A stretch of 32,000 nt of DNA from contig CAWJMG010000001.1 in the NCBI GenBank assembly GCA_963843975.1, forward strand, positions 870,001 through 902,000. Reading direction: 5' to 3'. The translations under genes were made by a program, and so were the position numbers. The stretch is from an uncultured Actinomycetes bacterium (GTDB lineage: Bacteria; Actinomycetota; Actinomycetes; S36-B12; CAIYMF01). A model generated the notes under the pieces. The model searched no databases. It was not told the origin of the DNA and worked only from the letters and a program-made list of their open reading frames with translations. Each line of letters begins with the position of its first letter. Within the stretch, counting starts at the first letter, position 1. Below are positions 18,705-25,928 of the stretch, piece after piece.

Positions 18705-19572
18705 TCAGGACCTGCCGAGGACCTCGTCGAGCCAGTCGATCGACGCGGGCAGGACCTCCTCGACCCAGCCAGGACCGCCGTGGCCGAACCCCGGCAGGAT
18801 CCGGAGGTCGACCTCGCCTCCGTGCGCACCCAGCTCGTCCGCGAGCAGCACCGACTGCAGATGCGGCACGAGGTGGTCGTTGTCGCCGTGGGCGATGAGG
18901 AACGCGGGAAGCCGTGCAGCTGCTGCGATGTACGACGTCGGGTCGGACGCGCCCGCGAGCTCGGGGACGCTCTGGATCGGCGTGCCGAGGTAGCGCGACT
19001 CGGGCGACGCCGGGTCGTCGTGCAGCGGGGGCCAGGGTGGCGTGAACGTCGGCTCGCCTGTCGGTGGCCTCTCTCGGTCGTGTAGATCCATCGCGAGGAA
19101 GCGGGTAGGACCGAACCAGTCGATGACCGCCGCGACCGAGGCGTCGACCGTCGGGTCGGAGGTCGCGTCGAACAGGGTCGGCTGGTCGCCGGTGACGCCG
19201 AGCATCGCGGCGAGGTGGCCGCCGGCCGACGCGCCCCAGAGCGCGAACCGCGACCGGTCCAGCCCGAGCTTCGCCCGCGTGGCCGCTCAGCCAGCGCAGG
19301 CCCGCCTTGCAGTCCTGCGGAGCGGCGGGGAACGTCGCCTCGCCCGAGAGGCGGTAGCCGACCGATGCGATCGCGTAGCCGCGCTCCAGCAGCGCCGGGA
19401 TCGCGGTGATCTCGGACCGCTTGTCCCCCATGAGGAATGCGCCGCCGTGGATGATGACGACGAGCGGCATCAGCGCATGGCCGGGCTGGCCCGGTACGTA
19501 GAGGTCGAGCGTCTGCACAGTCGACGCGTCGCCGTACCGCACGTCAGCGTGCGTCGGCTCCACGGTGCTCAC
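18705..19572 (-). pseudogene. alpha/beta hydrolase (esterase/lipase, HGG type) interrupted by a single-base frameshift
   Basis: The N-terminal frame (VVIIHGGAF...RWLSGHA) ends out of frame. The next frame reads AKLGLDRSRFALWGASAGGHLAAMLG...AHGDNDHLVP...GFGHGG. The shift is most simply an extra base in the CCC run at 19274..19276. Confidence 0.75.
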
Positions 19573-19601
19573 GCGAGCACCCTACGAGCGGCGACCACGG
19601 C

Positions 19602-20324
19602 TCATGCGGTGAAGCGCCGGTTGCACGACACGAAGCGCACGGGCTCGTCGGTGGTGTTGCGGAACAGGTGCGGCACCCCCGAGTCGAACCCGAACGAGTC
19701 GCCCGCGCGCACGACGTACGAGTCGAATCCGTAGGTGATCCCGAGCTCCCCCTGGAGGACGAGCCCGAACTCGTAGCCCTCGTGACGCAGCATCCGGCCG
19801 TCCGTGGTCGAGCTGCTGTGCGGCGCGTAGACCACCTCGAGCAGCTCCATGTCTGGTGCGGTGTTGGTGACGAGCTGCTCCCAGACCACGCCGCTGTCCA
19901 TATCGATACGGCGGCGCTCGCCCGGTCGAGCGATCTCGAAGCGGGCCCGGACGCTCGGCGAGTCGAAGACGTCGACGGGCCCGCCCACAGCGGAGCGACT
20001 CACAGGTCCGGACGCCAGCGCCTCTCGAGCCGGCCGCGGCGAGCCCAGGGGTGACGCGGTCTCGACCGGCGCCGCGGCACCCGCGGCCGTGCCTGCCGTG
20101 ATCGCCGCGACCGTCGCCGCCGTGGCGTCGTCGTCGAAGAGCTGGTCGATACTCACGTCGAGCAGCCGCGTCAGCGAGTAGAGCGTCGACACCGACGGCT
20201 GGGACTTGCCCGTCTCGAGCTGGGAGAGGAACGAGGCGGAGACGTCGAGCTGGCGCGCGGCCTCGCGCAGGCCCAGACCGCGCGCCTCACGCACAGCCCG
20301 AAGCCTCGAACCGATGTTCTCCAT
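19602..20324 (-). CDS. XRE family transcriptional regulator with C-terminal cupin domain
   Basis: HTH LRAVREARGLGLREAARQLDVSASFLSQLETGKSQPSVSTLYSL. The C-terminal beta-rich part has GDSFGFDSGVPHLFRN (cupin). Confidence 0.85.
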   Translation of the reverse strand: MENIGSRLRAVREARGLGLREAARQLDVSASFLSQLETGKSQPSVSTLYSLTRLLDVSIDQLFDDDATAATVAAITAGTAAGAAAPVETASPLGSPRPAREALASGPVSRSAVGGPVDVFDSPSVRARFEIARPGERRRIDMDSGVVWEQLVTNTAPDMELLEVVYAPHSSSTTDGRMLRHEGYEFGLVLQGELGITYGFDSYVVRAGDSFGFDSGVPHLFRNTTDEPVRFVSCNRRFTA

Positions 20325-20419
20325 CGTCCCCCACCCGTCCGGTGTCCCCTGGGCAGATCGTAGTGATCGGCTGAGGCGCCACCCCGCGTCGGGCGGGGCA
20401 GGCTGGCGGCGGTCAGCCG

Positions 20420-20767
20420 TCAGCGCCGCTCCACCAGCTCGTAGAGCCGTCCGTCCGGCGCCGTGAAGTGGGCGTAGCGGCTGACGGCGTTCTCGGAGAT
20501 CTCGTCGTCGACCTCGACGCCGCCCGCTCGCAGCTCGTCCAGTGCCGACGCGAGGTCGTCGACCAAGAACCCGATCGACCGGCCAGTCTCTCCCATACCG
20601 CCGGGTGACGCGACGGCGAAGGCCGTGCCGTCGGGAAGCTCGAACCAGTCGGCCTCGATGCCAGAGACGGCCGTCGTCGGCAGGCCGAGGACGTCCTGCA
20701 GGAAACCCCGCATCTCGGCGCGGTGCTCGGTGGCGGTTCCGGCGAAGCAGAGCCCGAGGATGCGCAT
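20420..20767 (-). CDS. VOC (glyoxalase/bleomycin-resistance fold) family protein
   Basis: 115 aa: MRILGLCF...DGTAFAVASP...GFLVDDLASALDELRAGGVEV...HFTAPDGRLYELV. Confidence 0.7.
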   Translation of the reverse strand: MRILGLCFAGTATEHRAEMRGFLQDVLGLPTTAVSGIEADWFELPDGTAFAVASPGGMGETGRSIGFLVDDLASALDELRAGGVEVDDEISENAVSRYAHFTAPDGRLYELVERR

Positions 20768-20801
20768 CCCCGCACGGTAACGGCCCGCAGCGCGCCGGCG
20801 C

Positions 20802-22001
20802 TCAGTCGTCGGACGACGGCACGAACGAGCTGAGCCACGTCAGGCTCAGCACCACGACCACGAGGAGCGCGAGCAGCCACGGCGCAGGCGCAATCGCGCC
20901 GAGCAGCAGCGCCAGGCCCGCGCCGACGACGTAGACCCTCGTGCGCGTGCGGCTGTCGATGGCGTCGCGCTGCTCTACCGCCGACGACTCGAGCGCGATC
21001 ACGAGCAGGATGACCGCCACGGCGCCGGTCAGCGTCCACGCCACCGCGGTGGGAGTCCGTGGCTCGTGGGCCTCGACGAGGAGGCCCACCATGGCGGCAC
21101 CCGCCACGGCCACGGCTCCGGTCAGCGGCAGGTGCCCGAAGAACCAGGTGGCCAGGGCGCTTCGGTCCTCTCGGGGCTCGCGAGCGCCGACCATGTCGAA
21201 GTAGTTCCAGAAGATGCCGAACCCGATCACCAGGCCGAGCACCCCGGTCGCGATCGTGAGGGCGTCGCGGTCCGTCTCGTTGATGCCGTTGACGACCCCG
21301 ACGACCGTCTCGCCCAGCACGATGATCACGAACAGCGCCATGCGCTCCACGAGCGACTCGGTCGGCTGGAAGAACGACAACGGCCGCGAGCGGCCCAGGA
21401 AACCCGTGAGCCCGAGCACCACCCAGCCGATGCTGATGCCGATCCATACGGAGATGCGCGGGACGTCAGAGAGCCAGGCCGACGCGAGCGTGGCCACGAT
21501 GGTGACCGTGAGCCCGACGAGGTACGGCGTCGACGCCGGCTTGTCCTGCGGCAGGTCGTGACGCCGCACCTCGTACCACTGCCAGAACAGCAGGAGCAGC
21601 AGCACCGAGTACGTCAGCGCGAACGCCGTGCCGTCCTTGATGCCGGCGTACCCGGTGAAGACGGCGAGGACGGCGAGGGCGCCCATCTGCGCGAAGACGT
21701 AGAACCGGCTGCGGCCGTCCTCGCGGCCGTGCAGCTCGTGGTAGAGCGTGCCGTTGATCCACGCGATCCACACGAGCCCGAAGACCGCCACGAACTCGGC
21801 AGTTCCGCGCCACCCGGGGTGGGCGGCGAGCGTGTGCGCGGCCTGGCCGACGAGGACGACGTAGACGAGGTCGTAGAACAGCTCGAGGTAGCTGACCGAA
21901 CGCAACGGGAGCGGCTCGCCGTGACGGCGCGGCCCCGCGCCGAACCACGCGCGCAGCCGGTGCTTCACGCTGCGGCCGCTCTGCGGCTGCACCTCGGACA
22001 T
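20802..22001 (-). CDS. ltrA: low temperature requirement protein A (LtrA) family membrane protein
   Basis: Start 22001 follows aggagg. ...VSYLELFYDLVYVVLVGQ...WIAWINGTLYHELHG... is LtrA-like and polytopic. Confidence 0.8.
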   Translation of the reverse strand: MSEVQPQSGRSVKHRLRAWFGAGPRRHGEPLPLRSVSYLELFYDLVYVVLVGQAAHTLAAHPGWRGTAEFVAVFGLVWIAWINGTLYHELHGREDGRSRFYVFAQMGALAVLAVFTGYAGIKDGTAFALTYSVLLLLLFWQWYEVRRHDLPQDKPASTPYLVGLTVTIVATLASAWLSDVPRISVWIGISIGWVVLGLTGFLGRSRPLSFFQPTESLVERMALFVIIVLGETVVGVVNGINETDRDALTIATGVLGLVIGFGIFWNYFDMVGAREPREDRSALATWFFGHLPLTGAVAVAGAAMVGLLVEAHEPRTPTAVAWTLTGAVAVILLVIALESSAVEQRDAIDSRTRTRVYVVGAGLALLLGAIAPAPWLLALLVVVVLSLTWLSSFVPSSDD

Positions 22002-22176
22002 CACGCCTCCTGGCCCTGCCGCGACCCGCGGCCAGGCCATGGAACCACGCGAAGGGCAGGCAGTGCCCTCACGGCCCAGCAGTGGCGACGTGCATGAGGC
22101 CGTGGCTGCGCCCGTCGTCGCGATCTCAGCCGGAGTGGGTCTGGACAAGCAGAGCCCGGCCCCGAAGGCTGGGGGC

Positions 22177-22776
22177 ATGTCGTTCGTCAATCCTGGGTTC
22201 CACGGACGCCGGCGAGACACGTCCGACCGGATCCCTCCCGGGCAGTTCCGCACCGACGACTTCCCGGTGCTCTCCGCTGGTCCGACCCCGCGCATCGACC
22301 TCGACACCTGGCGCTTCACGATCACCACCGAGGGCGGTGCGACCCGCGACTGGACGTGGGCGCAGCTGCAGGCGATGCCGCGCGAGACGCCGACCGTCGA
22401 CATCCACTGCGTCACCAAGTGGTCCAGGCTCGACACCGTCTGGGAGGGCGTCTCGCTCGACGTCCTCATGGAGGACGTCGAGACGGCCTCCGACTACGCC
22501 CTCGTGCAGTCGTACGGCGGCTACACCACCAACCTCCCGCTCGACGACCTCCTCGACGGGCAGGCCTGGCTGGTGTTCGGCTACGACGGCGAGCCGCTCG
22601 AGCCGGTGCACGGGGGCCCGGTACGGCTGCTCGTGCCGCACCTCTACCTCTGGAAGTCGGCGAAGTGGGTGCGCGGCATCCAGCTGCTGCTGCAGGACGA
22701 GCCAGGCTTCTGGGAGACGCTGGGCTACCACGAGTACGGCGATCCCTGGCGCGAGCAGCGCTACGCGGGCGACTGA
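22177..22776 (+). CDS. small cytoplasmic molybdopterin-dependent oxidoreductase (sulfite-oxidase fold)
   Basis: HCVTKWS (Mo-ligand Cys context), GGYTTNLPL, EPLEPVHGGPVRLLVPHLYLWKSAKWV. I see no signal peptide. Confidence 0.8.
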   Translation: MSFVNPGFHGRRRDTSDRIPPGQFRTDDFPVLSAGPTPRIDLDTWRFTITTEGGATRDWTWAQLQAMPRETPTVDIHCVTKWSRLDTVWEGVSLDVLMEDVETASDYALVQSYGGYTTNLPLDDLLDGQAWLVFGYDGEPLEPVHGGPVRLLVPHLYLWKSAKWVRGIQLLLQDEPGFWETLGYHEYGDPWREQRYAGD

Positions 22777-23492
22777 TGCGCCGTCTTCGCTGGACGGCGG
22801 CGACGGTCGTCGAGGCACAGTACGAGACGCCCACCGCGCGGACCCTCGTGCTCGACGTGCCGGGATGGCAGGGCCACCTCCCAGGACAGCACGTCGACGT
22901 GCGGCTCACGGCCGAGGACGGATACAGCGCCCAACGCAGCTACTCGATCGCGTCGGCGCCCGACGGCACGCGTGTCGAGATCACCGTCCAGCGGATTCAG
23001 GACGGCGAGGTGTCGCCGTACCTCGTCGACGTCGTGGCCGTCGGCGACCTGATCGAGCTCCGCGGGCCGGTGGGCGGCTGGTTCAGCTGGGACCCGGTCG
23101 GCACAGACCCGGTGCTGTTGGTCGCCGGCGGGTCCGGGCTCGTGCCGCTCATGGCGATGGTCCGCACCCGACAGGCCGTGGGCAGCACCGCGCCGTTCCG
23201 CCTGGTGTGCTCGGTGCGGAGCCCCGAGGAGGCGCTCTACCTCGACGAGATCGACGCCCTCCCCACCGAGATCCCGGTCGTGCTGGCCTTCACCCGTGAG
23301 GCGCCCGCCGGATCGGAGCGGCCGGTGGGCCGCGTGACGCTGAGCGATCTGGGGCGCGCCGCCGACCCGTCCGAGACCGTCTACGTGTGCGGTCCCACCG
23401 GCTTCGTCGAGGCGGTGGCAACCATGCTCGTGACGCTCGGGCACGACCCCAACCAGATCCGCACCGAGCGCTTCGGAGGAGGCAGGGCATGA
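22776..23492 (+). CDS. ferredoxin-NADP reductase-like FAD/NAD(P)-binding oxidoreductase
   Basis: The ATG overlaps the upstream stop (TGATG). RSYSIAS (RxYS FAD motif), GGSGLVP (NAD motif), VYVCGP. Confidence 0.8.
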   Translation: MRRLRWTAATVVEAQYETPTARTLVLDVPGWQGHLPGQHVDVRLTAEDGYSAQRSYSIASAPDGTRVEITVQRIQDGEVSPYLVDVVAVGDLIELRGPVGGWFSWDPVGTDPVLLVAGGSGLVPLMAMVRTRQAVGSTAPFRLVCSVRSPEEALYLDEIDALPTEIPVVLAFTREAPAGSERPVGRVTLSDLGRAADPSETVYVCGPTGFVEAVATMLVTLGHDPNQIRTERFGGGRA

Positions 23493-23767
23493 GCGACATC
23501 GGCTACTCGGACGGCAACCTGCTCGCAGGTCCGCTCAGCGACCTGTTCGCCGTCGACCTCACCATCGCGACGACCGCCTGCTCCGGCTGCGGCAAGGTCG
23601 ACCGCATCGCCGCGCTGCACGTGTACGTCGTCGGCGAAGGGTACGTCGCGCGCTGCCCCGGCTGCGGCGACGCCGTGCTGCGCTTCCTACGCACGCCGAC
23701 CCAGGTGGTCCTCGACCTGCGCGGCACCTTCAGCCTGCGGGTGCCGATCGTCGAGTCCACCGGCTGA
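23489..23767 (+). CDS. small four-Cys (CxxCG ... CPxCG) protein, DUF6510-like
   Basis: ATGA overlap with the upstream gene. 92 aa with CSGCGK and CPGCGD knuckles. Confidence 0.7.
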   Translation: MSDIGYSDGNLLAGPLSDLFAVDLTIATTACSGCGKVDRIAALHVYVVGEGYVARCPGCGDAVLRFLRTPTQVVLDLRGTFSLRVPIVESTG

Positions 23768-23797
23768 CCGCGCGACGCCCGGTGCGGGCGTCGAACT

Positions 23798-23828
23798 ACG
23801 AAGGGCCCCGGCATCGCCGGGGCCCTTC
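23798..23828. terminator. perfect 14-bp stem / 3-nt loop hairpin (bidirectional terminator-like)
   Basis: cgaagggccccggc-atc-gccggggcccttcg. It lies between the triad's last gene and the tRNA-Thr fragment's 3' end. Confidence 0.7.
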
Positions 23829-23833
23829 GTGCG

Positions 23834-23883
23834 TGGAGCCGCCTATCGGAATCGAACCGATGACCTACGCATTACGAGAGCGT
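23834..23883 (-). other. 3' portion (anticodon arm to CCA) of tRNA-Thr(CGU); the 5' half is absent, so this is an att-like remnant
   Basis: The minus strand reads acgct-CTCGTAA-tgcgt aggtc atcgg-ttcgatt-ccgat aggcggc t cca. The 26 nt upstream cannot form the acceptor or D arm (no gccgcct). Confidence 0.75.
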
Positions 23884-24120
23884 CGCAGGCAGGCGTGAGG
23901 CTCGCCGCTACCCGCCAGATCACCACGGTACGAGCACAAACGGGCCGTTCTATGTCGGCGTGTGACGGTTGCTCGGGGACGAGACGGGGACGAGCTCGTC
24001 CGCTAGGGCGCCATGGTTCTGTGGCTCGGCGTCATGATCTTCATGCTCATCTTCGTGCTCTTCATCATCGTCCTGCCGCCGCGCGCTCAGTGCCGTACTA
24101 CAACGATCGTCGTGTTAACC

Positions 24121-24186
24121 GACAACGTCCCGAAGAGGACCCTTTCCATCATGAACAGGGTTTACAGACAACGTCTTGAAGAGGAC
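24121..24186 (+). promoter_or_regulatory. 20-nt direct repeat pair GACAACGTCCCGAAGAGGAC / GACAACGTCTTGAAGAGGAC (candidate operator)
   Basis: Copies at 24121..24140 and 24167..24186, 18 of 20 identical, 46 nt start to start. The second copy covers the RBS-like gaagagga just before ATG 24188. Confidence 0.5.
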
Positions 24187-24187
24187 T

Positions 24188-24904
24188 ATGTCGGTTATGG
24201 CGACGAGATCAGGAGGGCAGTTCGTGGCGGTCGAGGAGGCCGCCCGCCTGCTGGATGTGACCAAGCGCCATGTTGCGCGACTGGGCGACCTTGGCCAGAT
24301 CCGCTACGTCGGTCGCGGCCTCGTGGATCGCGACTCGATAGCCGAGTACCTGCAGGAGCGTGACTTCTACCGGTCCCGGGCGTGGAGTGAGGAGACTGCG
24401 TGGGGTGCAGTGGCCCTGCTGTCCGGTCTTCACGTCGACTGGCTCGGCCAAGTGCAGACATCCCGGCTGAGGGGCCGGCTTAGAGAACTCGCCGAAGACG
24501 AGCGAGGTGCGAACGAACTGGTCGGTCGGACCCGCAACCGAGCCCGCGTGATGCGGTACGAGTCGTATGGATTCTTGGCGGCGCGGCTGCGCAAGGAGAT
24601 CGTGCCCGTCAGCCGACGGCGGCTGGGGCTCGCCGACACAAAGCAGGTAGACGGGTACATCGACACCGAGCGGCTGGCCGCGCTGGAGGGGCAGTACGGC
24701 CTTCGTCGCAGCTCCCGTGGCGACATGACCATGAGGTCGACGTCATTCGACTTGAGCGTCGTGAAGACGATCGCGAGCCGAGGGAACGGCGCGCTCGCTG
24801 CCCTGGACGCAGCCGGCTCGATGGATGCGCGTGAGCACGGCGCTGGTTCGCGCGCCCTCGCCATGCATCTCGAGAGGTTCGCGGAAGGGCGCGCGCGTGA
24901 CTAG
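24188..24904 (+). CDS. excisionase/MerR-type HTH (HTH_17-like) domain protein with an uncharacterised C-terminal domain
   Basis: FVAVEEAARLLDVTKRHVARLGDLGQIRYVGRGLVDRDSIAEYL resembles excisionase-family HTH. Start could be ATG 24188 or 24197 (the track's TTG 24176 is less likely). Stop is TAG 24902..24904. Confidence 0.7.
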   Translation: MSVMATRSGGQFVAVEEAARLLDVTKRHVARLGDLGQIRYVGRGLVDRDSIAEYLQERDFYRSRAWSEETAWGAVALLSGLHVDWLGQVQTSRLRGRLRELAEDERGANELVGRTRNRARVMRYESYGFLAARLRKEIVPVSRRRLGLADTKQVDGYIDTERLAALEGQYGLRRSSRGDMTMRSTSFDLSVVKTIASRGNGALAALDAAGSMDAREHGAGSRALAMHLERFAEGRARD

Positions 24905-25676
24905 GCCGGTGCCCGACCGCGGAACAGACGACGACAGACGTCCCACGTTTGACGTGAAGGCACCGGCCGGTGGCTGGGGGGACCCATGGCCGAACGTAGC
25001 CGAGATCGCGCGGGTGCTACCCACGAACCGATGGACGCTGATCGGTGGCCTGATGACGCAACTGCATGCGATCCACCATGGCGTCGACGCCGTCCGGCCG
25101 ACCAACGACGTTGACATCGCACTCCACATAGAGACGGCCCGAGGGACGCCGAACACGACAGCAGACGCGCTGGAGTCACTGGGCTACGAGCTCAAGCCGA
25201 GCATCGATCCGAGAAACAACGTCGGCCATCGGTTCACGCGCGGAGTGAGCCGTGTCGACGTCGTCGGCGGCCACGAGGCCGATGACGATGACGATGTAGT
25301 CGACGTCGTTATCGCGGATCACCCAGCGCCGAGCGTGCAGGAGCGGATGCGGCGTATGGACATGGTGAAAGTGCCAGGAGGAACGCAGGCACTGCGCCGA
25401 ACGGCCAACTACCGTCTGACCTTCAACGAGGAAACCCCGGTCACGATCTCGGTACCGCAACCATTCGGGGCGCTCATCCTCAAGACCGCGGCGTACGTAT
25501 CGGACAGCCGGGACCCGGCACGCCACCTCCAGGACGCCGCCGTGCTCCTCGCATGCATCGACGATCCCTTCGCCGAACTCGACCGACTGGCCGGTTCTGA
25601 CCGTGGCCGCCTGGCGATACTGGATCGCGAGCTCGACAGATGCCCACCCGGCATGGCGATTGATGCCCCGTGCTGA
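24897..25676 (+). CDS. Pol-beta-fold nucleotidyltransferase-like protein (AbiEii-like candidate)
   Basis: TLIGGLMTQLHAIHHGVDAVRPTNDVDIAL fits hG[GS]-x(9-13)-D-h-D-h. GTG 24897 overlaps the upstream gene by 8 nt, but the start is uncertain. The C-terminal half is helical. Confidence 0.6.
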   Translation: MTRPVPDRGTDDDRRPTFDVKAPAGGWGDPWPNVAEIARVLPTNRWTLIGGLMTQLHAIHHGVDAVRPTNDVDIALHIETARGTPNTTADALESLGYELKPSIDPRNNVGHRFTRGVSRVDVVGGHEADDDDDVVDVVIADHPAPSVQERMRRMDMVKVPGGTQALRRTANYRLTFNEETPVTISVPQPFGALILKTAAYVSDSRDPARHLQDAAVLLACIDDPFAELDRLAGSDRGRLAILDRELDRCPPGMAIDAPC

Positions 25677-25885
25677 CGCCGATCGAGGACGAGCAGTGCT
25701 TCGCGTGCTCACAAGTCCTCAGTAGCGGGTCCAGGGCGCCGCACGACCTGACGGGGAGCCCGCTCCGGAATCGAGTCCACGACCTTCGCAGCGAGGCGAC
25801 CGCCCCGACATGGTTGGTCTGCCGCCGGGGCGCAGCACCACCCCCTCCGGCAGCGACGACCTATCCGGACGCGCACTCGCGCAAC

Positions 25886-25928
25886 TTCCCAAGCTGACAG
25901 TGCGGGTTCGATTCCCGTCACCCGCTCC
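25886..25928 (+). other. 3' portion (anticodon loop to acceptor) of tRNA-Gly(CCC); the 5' half is absent, so this is an att-like remnant
   Basis: TTCCCAA-gctga cagt gcggg-ttcgatt-cccgt cacccgc t cc. The expected 5' anticodon-stem strand tcagc is replaced by gcaac, and no gcgggtg acceptor or D arm lies upstream. Confidence 0.7.

Larger units (their letters stand above)
23884..25885. mobile_element. about 2-kb lower-GC islet between two tRNA 3' fragments; probable remnant of integrative element(s)
   Basis: Bounded by outward-facing tRNA 3' halves. G+C is visibly lower, and A/T-ending codons (aca, aga, cta, gta, ata, caa) appear that are rare in the flanks. No integrase is present. Confidence 0.4.

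Noticed and set aside
22177-22260. GRRRD near the N-terminus of the Mo-enzyme considered as a Tat signal
   Set aside because: No hydrophobic h-region or cleavage site follows. The sequence continues polar (TSDRIPPGQFRTDD).
24013-24075. Minus-strand acidic or Met/Lys-rich mini-frames opposite the hydrophobic stretch (for example MMKSTKMSMKIMTPSHRTMAP)
   Set aside because: The acidic frame has no start codon, and the 21-aa frame has its AGGA only 2 nt from the ATG. Third-position bias favours the plus-strand frame.
23829-24179. ORFs translating through the tRNA fragments (23829..24179 plus; 25709..25921 and 25719..25964 minus)
   Set aside because: Strings such as AAYRNRTDDLRITRA, TGIEPALSAWE and GDGNRTRT are the familiar spurious translations of tRNA T-arm and acceptor sequence.
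25480-25530. RDPARH (R-x4-H) in the C-terminal half of the NTase-like protein considered as a HEPN RNase motif
   Set aside because: A six-residue pattern is too weak on its own. I mention it only as something a profile or structure search should check.
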